DNA of 64,000 nucleotides, from contig CBDCDC010000002.1 of NCBI GenBank assembly GCA_965215195.1, positions 2,752,001-2,816,000 on the forward strand, written 5' to 3'. The stretch is from Candidatus Latescibacterota bacterium. Lineage in GTDB: Bacteria > Latescibacterota > UBA2968 > UBA8231. This document shows positions 1 through 9,465 of this stretch, piece by piece (the stretch's first letter is position 1; each line of letters begins with the position of its first letter). A program made the position numbers and the translations under genes. A model generated the notes under the pieces. That model did no database searches. It had not been told where the DNA came from and saw only the letters and a list, made by a program, of their open reading frames with translations.

Positions 1-11
1 ATTTCTAGTAA

Positions 12-1331
12 ATGCGACGCCTTATCTACACACTCCTAATTTTGTCGGCCGGCAGTGCCCACGCTCAGACCGTCTATCGCGTCCACCTCAAGTTAGAGGG
101 CATGATCGACCCGGGCGTGGCCGCCTTTGTCGAGCGCGTGATCGCCGAGGCCGACGAGACCGATGCCGACGCAATCGTCTTTGAGATCGATACCTTTGGC
201 GGGCGCGTCGATGCGGCCACTGTGATCCGCGACGCCATCCTCGACGCCGAAACCCTGACCGTCGCCTTTATCAACAAGCGGGCGATTTCGGCCGGAGCAC
301 TCATCTCGCTAGCCTGCGACAAGATCGTCATGACGCAAGCCTCAACCATGGGCGCAACCACCCCGGTCGATGCCACGGGCACCAAAGCCAGCGACAAGGT
401 GACCTCCTATATGCGTGCCGAGATGCGCGCCACGGCCGAGCGCACCGGCCGCGACGTCAAAATTGCCGAGGCCATGGTAGATGAGCGCGTCGATGTGCCG
501 GGCCTGAGCGCCGAGGCCGGCCGGCCGGCCACCCTGACCACCGAGCAGGCGCTCAACTACCAGATGGCCGACGAGACGGCCGAGACCCTAATCGAACTGT
601 TGCGCATCTACGATCTAGGCGAGGCCGAAGTCGTGGAAGTTGAGCTCAACTGGGCCGAGCACGTCTTGCGCCTCCTGACCCACCCGATTGTCACTTCGAT
701 TTTGCTAGCTGTGGCCATGTTCGGCTTAATCGCCGAGGTGCGCACACCCGGTTGGGGCTTGGGCGGTACGCTCGCACTGGTGGCGCTGGGGCTTTTCTTC
801 GGCAGCCACCTGATCGTCCACTTGGCGGAGTGGCAGGAGCTGGCGCTTTTTGCTGTGGGCGCGACGCTTTTGGTCGTCGAGCTAGTGGCCATTCCGGGCT
901 TTGGCATTGTGGGCCTGTTGGGTATCGGGGCGATGATTGCGAGCGTGGTGATTGCCCAGTTGGGCGACTTTCAATTGTGGAGTTTCGACGAAATTGCCTC
1001 GGTGATCGGGCGTCTCGCCGGCTCGATGATCGGTGCTTTTGTACTCTCGCTCATCGCGTTGCGCTCCCTGCCCAAATTCGCGGCCTTCAACCGCCTCATA
1101 CTCCACAACGAAATCAGGGCCGCCGACGGGTACACTTCCTCCTCGCGCAAGACCGACGAGGACCTGTTGGGCAAGGAGGGGGTCACGGTCAGCTACCTGC
1201 GGCCCTCGGGTATAGCCCTGTTTGAGGGCCAGCGGCTCACCGTGATCGCCGAGGGCGAATTCATCGAGGCGCAGCGGCCCGTTAAAGTAGTAGAAGCCCG
1301 CGGCAGTCGAGTGGTGGTGAAGCCACTATGA
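12..1331 (+). CDS. nfeD: NfeD long form (ClpP-class serine protease domain, membrane domain, OB-fold)
   Basis: Signal peptide, DTFGG and AISAGALI protease motifs, TM bundle, C-terminal LRPSG OB-fold; lies upstream of floA. Confidence 0.9.
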   Translation: MRRLIYTLLILSAGSAHAQTVYRVHLKLEGMIDPGVAAFVERVIAEADETDADAIVFEIDTFGGRVDAATVIRDAILDAETLTVAFINKRAISAGALISLACDKIVMTQASTMGATTPVDATGTKASDKVTSYMRAEMRATAERTGRDVKIAEAMVDERVDVPGLSAEAGRPATLTTEQALNYQMADETAETLIELLRIYDLGEAEVVEVELNWAEHVLRLLTHPIVTSILLAVAMFGLIAEVRTPGWGLGGTLALVALGLFFGSHLIVHLAEWQELALFAVGATLLVVELVAIPGFGIVGLLGIGAMIASVVIAQLGDFQLWSFDEIASVIGRLAGSMIGAFVLSLIALRSLPKFAAFNRLILHNEIRAADGYTSSSRKTDEDLLGKEGVTVSYLRPSGIALFEGQRLTVIAEGEFIEAQRPVKVVEARGSRVVVKPL

Positions 1332-1837
1332 GCTTTCTAGGGGGGGAGGTGTTGGAATGGGTTTATTCGCTGGCCTTGCTAGTGCTCGGCTTTGTGCTGG
1401 TGCTCTTGGAAATTTTCGTCATCCCAGGGCTCAATATCTTCGGAATCGTTGGTTTTCTGACCGCGGTCGCCGGCATTGGTTATGCCTATGTGAATATGGG
1501 CGGCTTGGCGGCTGGCGTCGTGGCGGGCTTGGGGCTTGTGGGGACCGCCATCTTGGTGAGACAGATGCTCAAGGTCCGCGCTTGGAACCGCTTAGTGCTC
1601 AACGATGGCATGACGCGCAAGGCCGGCTACGATTCGGTCAAGCCTGGCCGCGAGGCATTGCTCGGTCAGACGGGCGAGGCCGTTACGACGCTGCGGCCAG
1701 CGGGGCGGGCGCAATTTGGCGAACGGGTAGTCGACGTAGTCAGCGAGGGTGGCTATATTGAACGCGGTGAGCAGGTCAAGGTATTGAAAGTGGCTGGCAA
1801 CAGAGTCGTGGTTCAGTCAGTTCACTCCGAGTCTTAG
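1328..1837 (+). CDS. NfeD short form (membrane plus OB-fold)
   Basis: EIFVIPG TM motif and LRPAG OB-fold; 4-bp overlap with the upstream gene. Confidence 0.85.
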   Translation: MSFLGGEVLEWVYSLALLVLGFVLVLLEIFVIPGLNIFGIVGFLTAVAGIGYAYVNMGGLAAGVVAGLGLVGTAILVRQMLKVRAWNRLVLNDGMTRKAGYDSVKPGREALLGQTGEAVTTLRPAGRAQFGERVVDVVSEGGYIERGEQVKVLKVAGNRVVVQSVHSES

Positions 1838-1861
1838 TTTACTCCCTTCAAGGAGCTAATA

Positions 1862-2845
1862 ATGGAAGTCTTACCTTTGGTCTTGGTGCTTTTTGGCATC
1901 ATCATCTTTTTGTCGCTCTTCACCTATTTCATTCCGGTGGGGCTGTGGATTTCGGCCTTTTTCGCCGGAGTCAAGGTGGCAATTTTCAAGGATCTAGTGG
2001 GTATGAGGTTGCGCAAGGTGCCGCCCGGACAGATCGTCGGCCCCAAGATCAGTGCCACGAAGGCCGGGCTGGATGTCGGCTTGGAGAGCATGGAAGCCCA
2101 CTACTTGGCCGGCGGCAACGTCAACGCGGTGATTTTGGCGCTGATCTCGGCCGACAAGGCCAACATCGATCTGAGCTTTGAACGCGCGGCCAGCATCGAC
2201 TTGGCGGGCCGCGACGTGCTCGACGCGGTCAAAGTCAGCGTCAATCCCAAGGTGATCAACACGCCCCTTATTGCGGCGATTGCCAAAGACGGCATTCAAG
2301 TCAAGGCCACCTGCCGAGTGACCGTGCGCGCCAATATCGACCGCTTAGTCGGCGGCGCGGGCGAGGAGACGATCATCGCCCGGGTCGGCGAAGGGATCGT
2401 CACCACCATCGGTTCGGCTACGACGCACAAAGAGGTGCTCGAAAATCCCGATCTGATCTCCCGGCGCGTGCTGGAAAAGGGCCTCGACTCGGAGACGGCC
2501 TTTGAGATTCTCTCCATCGACATTGCCGACGTCGATGTGGGCGAAAACATCGGTGCCAAACTACAGACCGATCAGGCGGATGCCGATCTCAAAATCGCCC
2601 AAGCCAAGGCCGAGGAACGCCGGGCCATGGCCCAGGCGCGCGAGCAGGAGATGACGGCTCAAGTCGTAGAAATGGAGTCGCGAGTCAAGGAAGCCGAGGC
2701 CGAGGTGCCACGCGCAATGGCCGAGGCCTTCCGCGAGGGCAACTTGGGCATTATGGACTACTACCGCATGCGCAATATCCAAGCCGACACGGATATGCGC
2801 GACTCAATTTCCGAAAGCGGCGAGGACCGCGACCGCGATAACTAG
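1862..2845 (+). CDS. floA: Flotillin-like protein FloA (YqfA family)
   Basis: [44 protein letters not shown] and GIMDYY motifs; AAGGAG RBS. Confidence 0.95.
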   Translation: MEVLPLVLVLFGIIIFLSLFTYFIPVGLWISAFFAGVKVAIFKDLVGMRLRKVPPGQIVGPKISATKAGLDVGLESMEAHYLAGGNVNAVILALISADKANIDLSFERAASIDLAGRDVLDAVKVSVNPKVINTPLIAAIAKDGIQVKATCRVTVRANIDRLVGGAGEETIIARVGEGIVTTIGSATTHKEVLENPDLISRRVLEKGLDSETAFEILSIDIADVDVGENIGAKLQTDQADADLKIAQAKAEERRAMAQAREQEMTAQVVEMESRVKEAEAEVPRAMAEAFREGNLGIMDYYRMRNIQADTDMRDSISESGEDRDRDN

Positions 2846-2848
2846 TCC

Positions 2849-3301
2849 ATGGAACTCCTACTCTTTCTCCTCGCCATCCTGTTCAGCGTGTTTTCGGCGC
2901 TGATGGAGCGTCGCCGGCGCCGCAAACAGCTCGAAGAGGCACAACAGCAACACGCCGAGGTCAATCCGGCCGCCCCTGTTGTCGCCGAGGAGAAGAAGGA
3001 AGAAGAGCCGTCCTTTGGGTGGCCTTTTGACGGCGATCCCTTTGAGGAGCCGGTTCCCCCAGCCGAGGCTGAGCAGGAGGCACTAGAAGCCGAGCGACAG
3101 GCACTAGAGGCCGAGCGGCGCGCTGTGGCGGCTGAGAAGCAGGCCATGGAGCGGCCAACAGAGACCAAGCCCGAGGATTCAGGCGAGGAGCGGCCGCTTC
3201 ACACCCGGAGTCGTTGGTTCCTCACCCCTCAGACAGCGCGCGACGCGATCGTCTATATGGAAATCCTCGGCAAGCCTAAGAGCGAACGAGAGGAGTGGTA
3301 A
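2849..3301 (+). CDS. Membrane-anchored hypothetical protein (YqfB-like position in the flo operon)
   Basis: N-terminal TM segment and C-terminal ARDAIVYMEILGKPKS motif, typical of genes that follow floA. Confidence 0.7.
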   Translation: MELLLFLLAILFSVFSALMERRRRRKQLEEAQQQHAEVNPAAPVVAEEKKEEEPSFGWPFDGDPFEEPVPPAEAEQEALEAERQALEAERRAVAAEKQAMERPTETKPEDSGEERPLHTRSRWFLTPQTARDAIVYMEILGKPKSEREEW

Positions 3302-3309
3302 ATGGTATA

Positions 3310-3396
3310 GCCGGAGTGGCGGAATTGGTAGACGCGCTGGATTCAAAATCCTGTATCCACAAGGGTGTGTGGGTTCGAGTCCCACCTCCGGCACCA
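3310..3396 (+). tRNA. tRNA-Leu (CAA)
   Basis: GCCGGAG/CTCCGGC acceptor stem, GGAATTGGTAGAC D-arm, TTCAAAA anticodon loop, long variable arm, GTTCGAGTC T-loop, encoded CCA. Confidence 0.95.
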
Positions 3397-3434
3397 TTTA
3401 TTAATCACTGCAAGCGAAAAAGAGATAAACCGCC

Positions 3435-3593
3435 GTGACATCTCCAGAAGTAAGGCGCATCCTCGACATCGTCTCGGTACTCGTTCTGCTGATTGTCATT
3501 CCGGCGTACATCTTATCCCGCCTAAAATTCGTTCTGCTGATTGCAGTTCCAGCGGTTTACATCTGTTGCCGCCTAAAGTCGCATACTGACTAA
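3435..3593 (+). CDS. Small 52-aa two-TM protein with an internal duplication (not in the ORF track)
   Basis: GTG start after a purine-rich run; MTSPEVRRILDIVSVLVLLIVIPAYILSRLKFVLLIAVPAVYICCRLKSHTD. Confidence 0.45.
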   Translation: MTSPEVRRILDIVSVLVLLIVIPAYILSRLKFVLLIAVPAVYICCRLKSHTD

Positions 3594-3617
3594 CGCGATT
3601 CCCGTCAAATTTCGCGG

Positions 3618-3758
3618 CTACCGCACTAGCCGCTTGTCAAGCAGGTGCGGTTCAAGCGCCGCGACTTCCACCCCTTTCACATCCGAATGCGCTGGATTGA
3701 TCAGCACATTTGCTGAGGGTACGCGCAGCAGCAAGTACCGCCTTTCCGCCCGCCGCAT
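3618..3758 (-). pseudogene. RES-domain toxin remnant (C-terminal part only)
   Basis: 46-aa frame LLLRVPSANVLINPAHSD...DKRL resembles the RES toxin C-terminus; its ATG overlaps the antitoxin stop (TGATG). Confidence 0.75.
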
Positions 3759-4093
3759 CAGGCGAATACCCTGTCCTCCATCCGGCCCAACTCATCCAAA
3801 ACCATATCTGCGCCGAAACGCGAGTAGAGCAATTCGAGCGGCTCTTTGTTGCCCAGCACCACGCAGGGTTGTTTGAGCCAACACAGGAAGTGGTCGCGGT
3901 CCTCAAAGACAGCTACCCCTCTGGCCGCGACGCTGGCGATCTGAATAAGCTCTTCGGAGACGGCCCTGGCGTCGCCGGGTCGCTGCACCGTGCGTTCGCT
4001 AATGGGCAGCAGGCGAATGAGCTGTCCCGGCGATATATCGAGATATTCCGCTAGTTTTATCAACTCCGACCGCGCAATGCCTCGATTGCTCAT
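3758..4093 (-). CDS. Xre/MbcA/ParS-type antitoxin, probably 5'-truncated
   Basis: HTH segment (ISERTVQR) and C-terminal WLKQP..LG...PLELL...GADMVLDELGRME; the ORF-track start at 4147 lies inside IS DNA. Confidence 0.75.
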   Translation of the reverse strand: MSNRGIARSELIKLAEYLDISPGQLIRLLPISERTVQRPGDARAVSEELIQIASVAARGVAVFEDRDHFLCWLKQPCVVLGNKEPLELLYSRFGADMVLDELGRMEDRVFA

Positions 4094-4133
4094 TTCAATT
4101 ATGGCGACGCCTGTCTTATAACCAATGGTGCTA

Positions 4134-5351
4134 GTGTCTTTTGACAACTAAAGTTATGGATGCGATATTCATGTCGAATCTCCAGCGCGAACTGATACCT
4201 GAGGAGTCTAGATATGAAGAAATATATCGTGCGTCTCCCCGACGAAGCGCGTCAGCAGTTAGAAGCTCTGGTCAGCACAGGTCACGCCCCAGCCTACAAG
4301 ATCAAACACGCGAATATACTTTTGAAAGCCGATGCAGCAGGGCCCTGCTGGACAGATAGGGCTATTGCGGAAGCATTCGCCTGCCATAGAGTCACCGTCG
4401 AAAACGTTCGGAAACGTTTTGTAGAGCACGGGATGCAGGCGGCCTTAGAACGTAAAAAGCGCGTACAGCCGCCCCGCGAGAAGATTCTGGATGGAGCCGG
4501 TGAAGCCCGTTTGATCGCGCTGGCTTGTAGCCATCCCCCCGAAGGACGCAACCGCTGGACATTGGAGTTACTGGCCGACACGTTGGTCGAACTCAACGTG
4601 GTGGACTCCATTTCGTATCGCACGGTGGGACGGACGCTAAAAAAAACGAATTGAAGCCGCATCTGCGTACCTGTTGGGTGATTCCACCTGAACAAAATGC
4701 AGCCTTTGTAGCCTGCATGGAAGATGTTCTGGATCTGTATCATCGGCCCTACGATCCGAAAAGGCCTTGGGTGTGCATGGATGAGCAGCCCATCCAGTTG
4801 ATTGGAGAAACCCGTATCCCGCTGCCCGCACGGCCTGGACACCCCCAACGGTATGATTACGAATACGCGCACAATGGCACAGCGGTCAATTTTCTGTTTA
4901 CAGACCCCTTGGCCGGTTGGCGCAAGGTCAATGTGCGCTCACGCAAGACCGCTGTGGACTGGGCTTTTGAAATCAAAGAGCTATTGGAGGTGGATTATCC
5001 AGATGCTGAAGTGGTCTTGGTGGTGTGTGATAATCTCAACACGCACACGATTGCCGCTTTGTATGAAGCGTTTGAACCGGCCCAAGCGCGCCGGTTAGTT
5101 AGACGACTTGAGTTGCATTACACCCCCAAACATGGCAGTTGGCTCAATATCGCTGAAATTGAGTTGCGCATTTTGTCCCAGCAATGTCTAAATGCGCGCA
5201 TACCCGATGAAGAGACCTTGAAGGCGGAAACCCACGCTTGGGAACAGGCACGCAACGAAAACCAGAAAGCCGTGGACTGGCGGTTTACCACCGATGATGC
5301 GCGCATTAAACTGAAACGGCTTTACCCAAAATTTTAAGTGTCAATAGATAC
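4134..5351 (+). mobile_element. IS630-family element
   Basis: Imperfect IRs GTGTCTTTTGACA / TGTCAATAGATAC; TA duplication at 4132-4133 and 5352-5353. Confidence 0.9.
4214..5337 (+). CDS. IS630 transposase in two frames (HTH orfA 4214-4654, DDE orfB 4651-5337), probably joined by a -1 frameshift
   Basis: A8 run at 4639-4646; CMDE, DNLNTH and TPKHGSWLNIAEIE motifs. Confidence 0.9.
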
Positions 5352-5358
5352 TAGTGGG

Positions 5359-6144
5359 CTACAAGCTAAATTCCGCGATGGACAAGCGGACGAATCCATT
5401 TTCATCGGGTTGCAACCCGTGCCACTGAACCAGCAGGTTGAAGGTGGCCATGGCAAAGCTCAGATGCGCTCTAAAGTAGGCCCAGGCTCGATGGGTCTGT
5501 CGCTTGAAGTGCCCGATGCGGGTCAGCATGGAAAAGACGGTCTCGATGACCATACGCTCGCCCCACGTTTTGCGGGGACACACTTTCAGATTGGCCGGAT
5601 CACCGGCTTTGGCATGAAAGCCTTGGTCGCTGAGGAGGATCATCTGCTCTTCGTAGCGGCCAATCATCGGGTGAAAGACCGTATCGTGGACATTGGCGGT
5701 ATTACAATCCCAATCGACGATCAAGCCCCATTGGTTGACGATCAAGCCCAGCTTGCCGCCGACGATCCAGCGGTGATTGGACCGCCCTTTCCGGCCGATA
5801 GGGTGAGCGGAGCGGCCTTCGCGTACTGGATGGATCAACTCGATGCCATAGCTATCGATCACGCCTAAAGGGGTGGGGTCCGCTCGAAAGCGATCGGTCC
5901 AGTCCGCATGGGCGGCAAACAGGCGGAACAAGCGGGTGCGCTCGGGCAGGCGCGGAAAAAAGGCGCGCCAATCGCGCGCTACCCAGCGATAAAACGCCCG
6001 TTTGCCGCCCCCTTTGAGCGCATACAGAACCGCCAAGGTCACCGTTTCGCTGGGATATAAGGCGGCTTGGGGGTGTTTGGGCACATCGCCCATCTGGTGG
6101 TCGATTCGACAGAACAGGGCTATTATAAACTCGGCCGTGGTCAT
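5359..6144 (-). CDS. IS982-family DDE transposase
   Basis: IDSYGIE, GGKLGL, SDQGF and RMVIETVFS motifs; AAGGAG RBS before MTTAEF. Confidence 0.85.
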   Translation of the reverse strand: MTTAEFIIALFCRIDHQMGDVPKHPQAALYPSETVTLAVLYALKGGGKRAFYRWVARDWRAFFPRLPERTRLFRLFAAHADWTDRFRADPTPLGVIDSYGIELIHPVREGRSAHPIGRKGRSNHRWIVGGKLGLIVNQWGLIVDWDCNTANVHDTVFHPMIGRYEEQMILLSDQGFHAKAGDPANLKVCPRKTWGERMVIETVFSMLTRIGHFKRQTHRAWAYFRAHLSFAMATFNLLVQWHGLQPDENGFVRLSIAEFSL

Positions 6145-6252
6145 GGGACGCTCCTTCGCTGAAAGGGGGGATACCCTCAGCGTAGGAACTACCTTGACCA
6201 CGGTCAACTCACTAGCACCATTGGTTTATAGAACTGACGTTACGCAGTGCCT

Positions 6253-6558
6253 CTACTCGGCGGCGTTTAACAGGGACCTAAAGGCTTCGAGGCTGGGCAC
6301 CTGTATGGCCGCCCGAAACAACTGATTGAGGCGCTGCACATCGTCAATCGCTCCAACGCGAGTGCCTAATGGATCCGACGCGGCCAGCCCAAAGCGAATC
6401 GCCAGCACGTCGAGCAGATCTTTAATGGCGCGTTCTCGACCTCCTTGCTCAATGCCCTTCTCCGTGAAATACTGCACTACCGACGATTCGTACATAGTCT
6501 CCTCCGAGATGATGGTCATGATGGTTTCTACGTTATACACCAATCCGCTTCGCGCCAA
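6253..6558 (-). CDS. Rpn/DUF4351-like C-terminal domain, stand-alone or remnant
   Basis: MYESSVVQYF.EKG.EQG...LAIRFG...IDD...L..L...AI...SLEAF pattern; no nuclease domain. Confidence 0.6.
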   Translation of the reverse strand: MARSGLVYNVETIMTIISEETMYESSVVQYFTEKGIEQGGRERAIKDLLDVLAIRFGLAASDPLGTRVGAIDDVQRLNQLFRAAIQVPSLEAFRSLLNAAE

Positions 6559-6739
6559 GGCGGTGGTTCAGAGGGGCGGAGGGGGATAGGAGGTGCTGGA
6601 GTGTAGCGAAAAGGATACAGGGATGGGAAGTTGGGGACAAAAGCGGCGTTAGGAATACGACAAAATGCAGCCCACATTCTTGCCATCGGCGCGGCGGAGT
6701 GCGTATCTATATGGCAGCTCTTTGCGAGAGGAAGAGACC

Positions 6740-8530
6740 GTGAAAACGCTAAAAGGCCAAACGCGCACTGCACCGCCGCTATGGGCGGTCTTGGAGCGGC
6801 GACTGATCGACGCTATCGACGAGGCGGCACCGATCTTTTTGGAGAAGTACACCCGCCCCGGCGGGGCGCTGATCTGGATGGAAGAAAACCCCGGCGACGG
6901 GGTCTGGGCCGACGATCTGTACGAGGCATTCTTCAACTGGCCTCATTACTATGCCCTAGGCGGCAGCGAGTACACGGGCGTCAAGGCCCTAGAGGAATGG
7001 AACGCCATTACTCGGCAGCTAGAGCACGACTACGGCCGCGTCACCCGAGAGTTTATCAACGACGACGACTGGTTCCACAACGCCGAAAACTACATCTACT
7101 TCTATCACTTGGGGATGGCCGATCCGACCAACGCCGAGACGCGCCGCCGGGCGCAGCGCTTTGCCGGATTTTACTTAAACGACGACCCAGCCGTGCCCAA
7201 CTACGACCCCGAGCACCGCATCGTGCGCTCGCCTTGTAGTGGCAGCAAGGGGCCGCTCTTCCAAATGCGGCGCGGCGAAATCCGCTACGACCTCACTCAC
7301 GACCACGCCACGTTGGGGCCGGGCTCTGATTTGCCCGCCAACTGGTGGGAGGACCCCGAGACTAAACGCCGCGTTGAGGAGTGCTTTGACCAAGTGGTCA
7401 TGCAGGGCGACGTGACCGTCAACTTAGGCGTCACCGCGCTGGTGGCAACGGCCTTTCTCCACACCGGCGCGGCGCGGTATCGGGAGTGGATAGAGGAATA
7501 CGTGGGGGCTTGGATAGAGCGCACCGAGGCCAACGGCGGCATCGTCCCGGACAACATCGGCCCCAACGGCATGGTCGGCGAGATGCGTCAAGGGCAGTGG
7601 TGGGGCGGGCTGTACGGCTGGACCGGGCGCTATGGACACGGCATGATGGCCCACGCGATCACTGCGGCCGTGGAAGCCGCGCTGTTGGTCACGGGCGAGA
7701 CCCGCTACTTAGACCTGCTCCGCATGCACTTAGATGCGCTAGTTGAGCACGGCCGCGAGCAAGGGGGGCGGCTGCTCGTGCCCTACAAGCACGCGGATGA
7801 GGGTTGGACCGATTTCAACCCCATCAATCCCAATGCGCCGATTCACTTGTGGGCTGCGTCCATGGAGGAGCGGGACTGGCAGCGGCTGGAGACCTTGCGC
7901 CGAGGGGCCGAAGGCGAGTGGAGGCAAGTAGGGCAGCGCGGCCCGCGCTCGCTCGACGACCGCGCTTGGACCCGCTTCTTAGCTGGCGAGTCCCCGGATT
8001 ACCCCGAGCGCATCTTGCAGGCCAACTACCGAGAAGTCTGCGACCGCATCGCCAAGGTCATGGGCGATGAACAGGATCTCACTAAGCTCGACGTGCATTG
8101 GTGGCAGCAGGTCAACCCAGTGGTCACTGAAGCCTTGGTGCAGCTAACGACCGGCGCGCCGCAGACCATCTACTGGGGCGGGTTGGCGCAAGGGCGGGTG
8201 CGCTATTTCGACAGCGAGCAGCAGCGGCCGGGTTTGCCCGCGGACGTAGCCGCCTTGGTGACCGGCCTCAGCAGCGAGGGTGTAGAGCTGACGTTGGTCA
8301 ACTTGAGCGCGAGCCGCCTGCGGCACGTGATCGTCGGCGCTGGCAGCTTTGGCGAGCACTGCTTTGGCCGGGTGCGCGCCGGCAGTGAGGTTCTCGACGT
8401 GGATAGCACCTATTTCCAAGTCGAATTGGCACCGGCCAGCCAAGTCGAGTTGTCGCTCGCCATGCAGCGTTACAGCCAGCAGCCCAGCTTTCGCCAGCCT
8501 TGGCACGGCGAACAGATTCCATATCGCTAA
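6740..8530 (+). CDS. Conserved hypothetical protein (possible alpha/alpha-barrel enzyme)
   Basis: About 600-aa ORF with DDLYE, DWFH and PDNIGP motifs; GTG start after GAGGAAG. Confidence 0.7.
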   Translation: MKTLKGQTRTAPPLWAVLERRLIDAIDEAAPIFLEKYTRPGGALIWMEENPGDGVWADDLYEAFFNWPHYYALGGSEYTGVKALEEWNAITRQLEHDYGRVTREFINDDDWFHNAENYIYFYHLGMADPTNAETRRRAQRFAGFYLNDDPAVPNYDPEHRIVRSPCSGSKGPLFQMRRGEIRYDLTHDHATLGPGSDLPANWWEDPETKRRVEECFDQVVMQGDVTVNLGVTALVATAFLHTGAARYREWIEEYVGAWIERTEANGGIVPDNIGPNGMVGEMRQGQWWGGLYGWTGRYGHGMMAHAITAAVEAALLVTGETRYLDLLRMHLDALVEHGREQGGRLLVPYKHADEGWTDFNPINPNAPIHLWAASMEERDWQRLETLRRGAEGEWRQVGQRGPRSLDDRAWTRFLAGESPDYPERILQANYREVCDRIAKVMGDEQDLTKLDVHWWQQVNPVVTEALVQLTTGAPQTIYWGGLAQGRVRYFDSEQQRPGLPADVAALVTGLSSEGVELTLVNLSASRLRHVIVGAGSFGEHCFGRVRAGSEVLDVDSTYFQVELAPASQVELSLAMQRYSQQPSFRQPWHGEQIPYR

Positions 8531-8685
8531 GAAGCCGTCTGAAAATTCCGGGTATCGTCCTTCACGTGCAGAAAATCGAGGGGCGCGGGCGTCTCGCCCT
8601 CGTAGAACGCTCCCTCCGAGGGCCGCTCGACCGCTGCTCAACGCTTTGTCACGCCTAAAGGCGCAGTGAAGCAGACAACTTCTAA
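8528..8685. repeat. MITE-like intergenic element, copy 1
   Basis: Ends TAAGAAGCCGTCTG / CAGACAACTTCTA; similar along its length to the reverse complement of 30768-30940. Confidence 0.75.
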
Positions 8686-8705
8686 CAAAATTAGGAGATG
8701 AGGCC

Positions 8706-9452
8706 ATGGACCAAGCCGACCGCGATTTTTTTGCCGCAAACGGCTATCTCAACCTAGGGCAGGTGCTGGACGACAGAGAAGCGCAATACTTCCGCGCCAT
8801 GTTCGATGGAGATATGGAAAAGTATCCCTATTTCTGGCACCGCTACGGCTACCACCAACACGCCAACTACGAGGCACTGATCACCTCGCCGCAATTCGAC
8901 GAACTGATCCGCCATCCGAAGATCTACCCGACGATCGAGGCCCTAATGGGCGGGCCGCTCTGCTTTGGCGAGATCGGGCTGCGGCTGATGCGGGCCTACG
9001 ATGGCCCGTTGCACCAAGGTTGGCACCGCGACAGGCCGCATTGGGACGAGCATCCGTTCCGCATGGACTACATCCAGCTCATGGTCTATCTGTCCGATGT
9101 AGACGAGGGAACGCATTGTTTTTCCCTGTCCCCGGAGTCGGTAAGCCAGTCGGTGCTCGAAGATAGGGAGGAGCAACTCAAGCGGGGCGGCGAGTACCAC
9201 TTGCACGGGCCGGCCGGGACCTGTGCGCTGTTTAACGTGGCAGTGCTGCACACGGCGACGACGCGGCCCACGCAAGCCGAGCGGCGGACCGCGCAGATTT
9301 ACTACGGGCATCGCAGCCGGGCACCGCTGGCGAACGATTCGACTATTCCAGCGGCGTTTTGGCGAGAGAGCGAAGATGCGGAGACGCGGGCTTTTTACGG
9401 AGTTTTGAACGAGCGCACCAAGGCGTATTTGGCGGCCTTCCCCGGCGCTTGA
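8706..9452 (+). CDS. Phytanoyl-CoA dioxygenase (PhyH) family protein
   Basis: F..NGYL start, WHRD motif, distal LH. Confidence 0.85.
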   Translation: MDQADRDFFAANGYLNLGQVLDDREAQYFRAMFDGDMEKYPYFWHRYGYHQHANYEALITSPQFDELIRHPKIYPTIEALMGGPLCFGEIGLRLMRAYDGPLHQGWHRDRPHWDEHPFRMDYIQLMVYLSDVDEGTHCFSLSPESVSQSVLEDREEQLKRGGEYHLHGPAGTCALFNVAVLHTATTRPTQAERRTAQIYYGHRSRAPLANDSTIPAAFWRESEDAETRAFYGVLNERTKAYLAAFPGA

Positions 9453-9465
9453 CCCATTCCCCTCC

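Larger units (their letters stand above)
4121..6225 (-). mobile_element. IS982-family element, copy 1 (one inverted repeat interrupted by IS630)
   Basis: Ends ACCAATGGTGCTAGTG...CACTAGCACCATTGGT; TTATA direct repeat at 4116-4120 and 6226-6230. Confidence 0.85.

Noticed and set aside
3179-3397. 72-aa minus-strand ORF (MVPEVGLEPT...)
   Set aside because: It is the antisense shadow of the tRNA.
4094-4147. ORF-track N-terminus of the antitoxin (MSKDTSTIG)
   Set aside because: The first codons come from IS630/IS982 end sequence.
3397-6600. Intact integrative element at tRNA-Leu
   Set aside because: I found no integrase and no duplicated tRNA 3' end.
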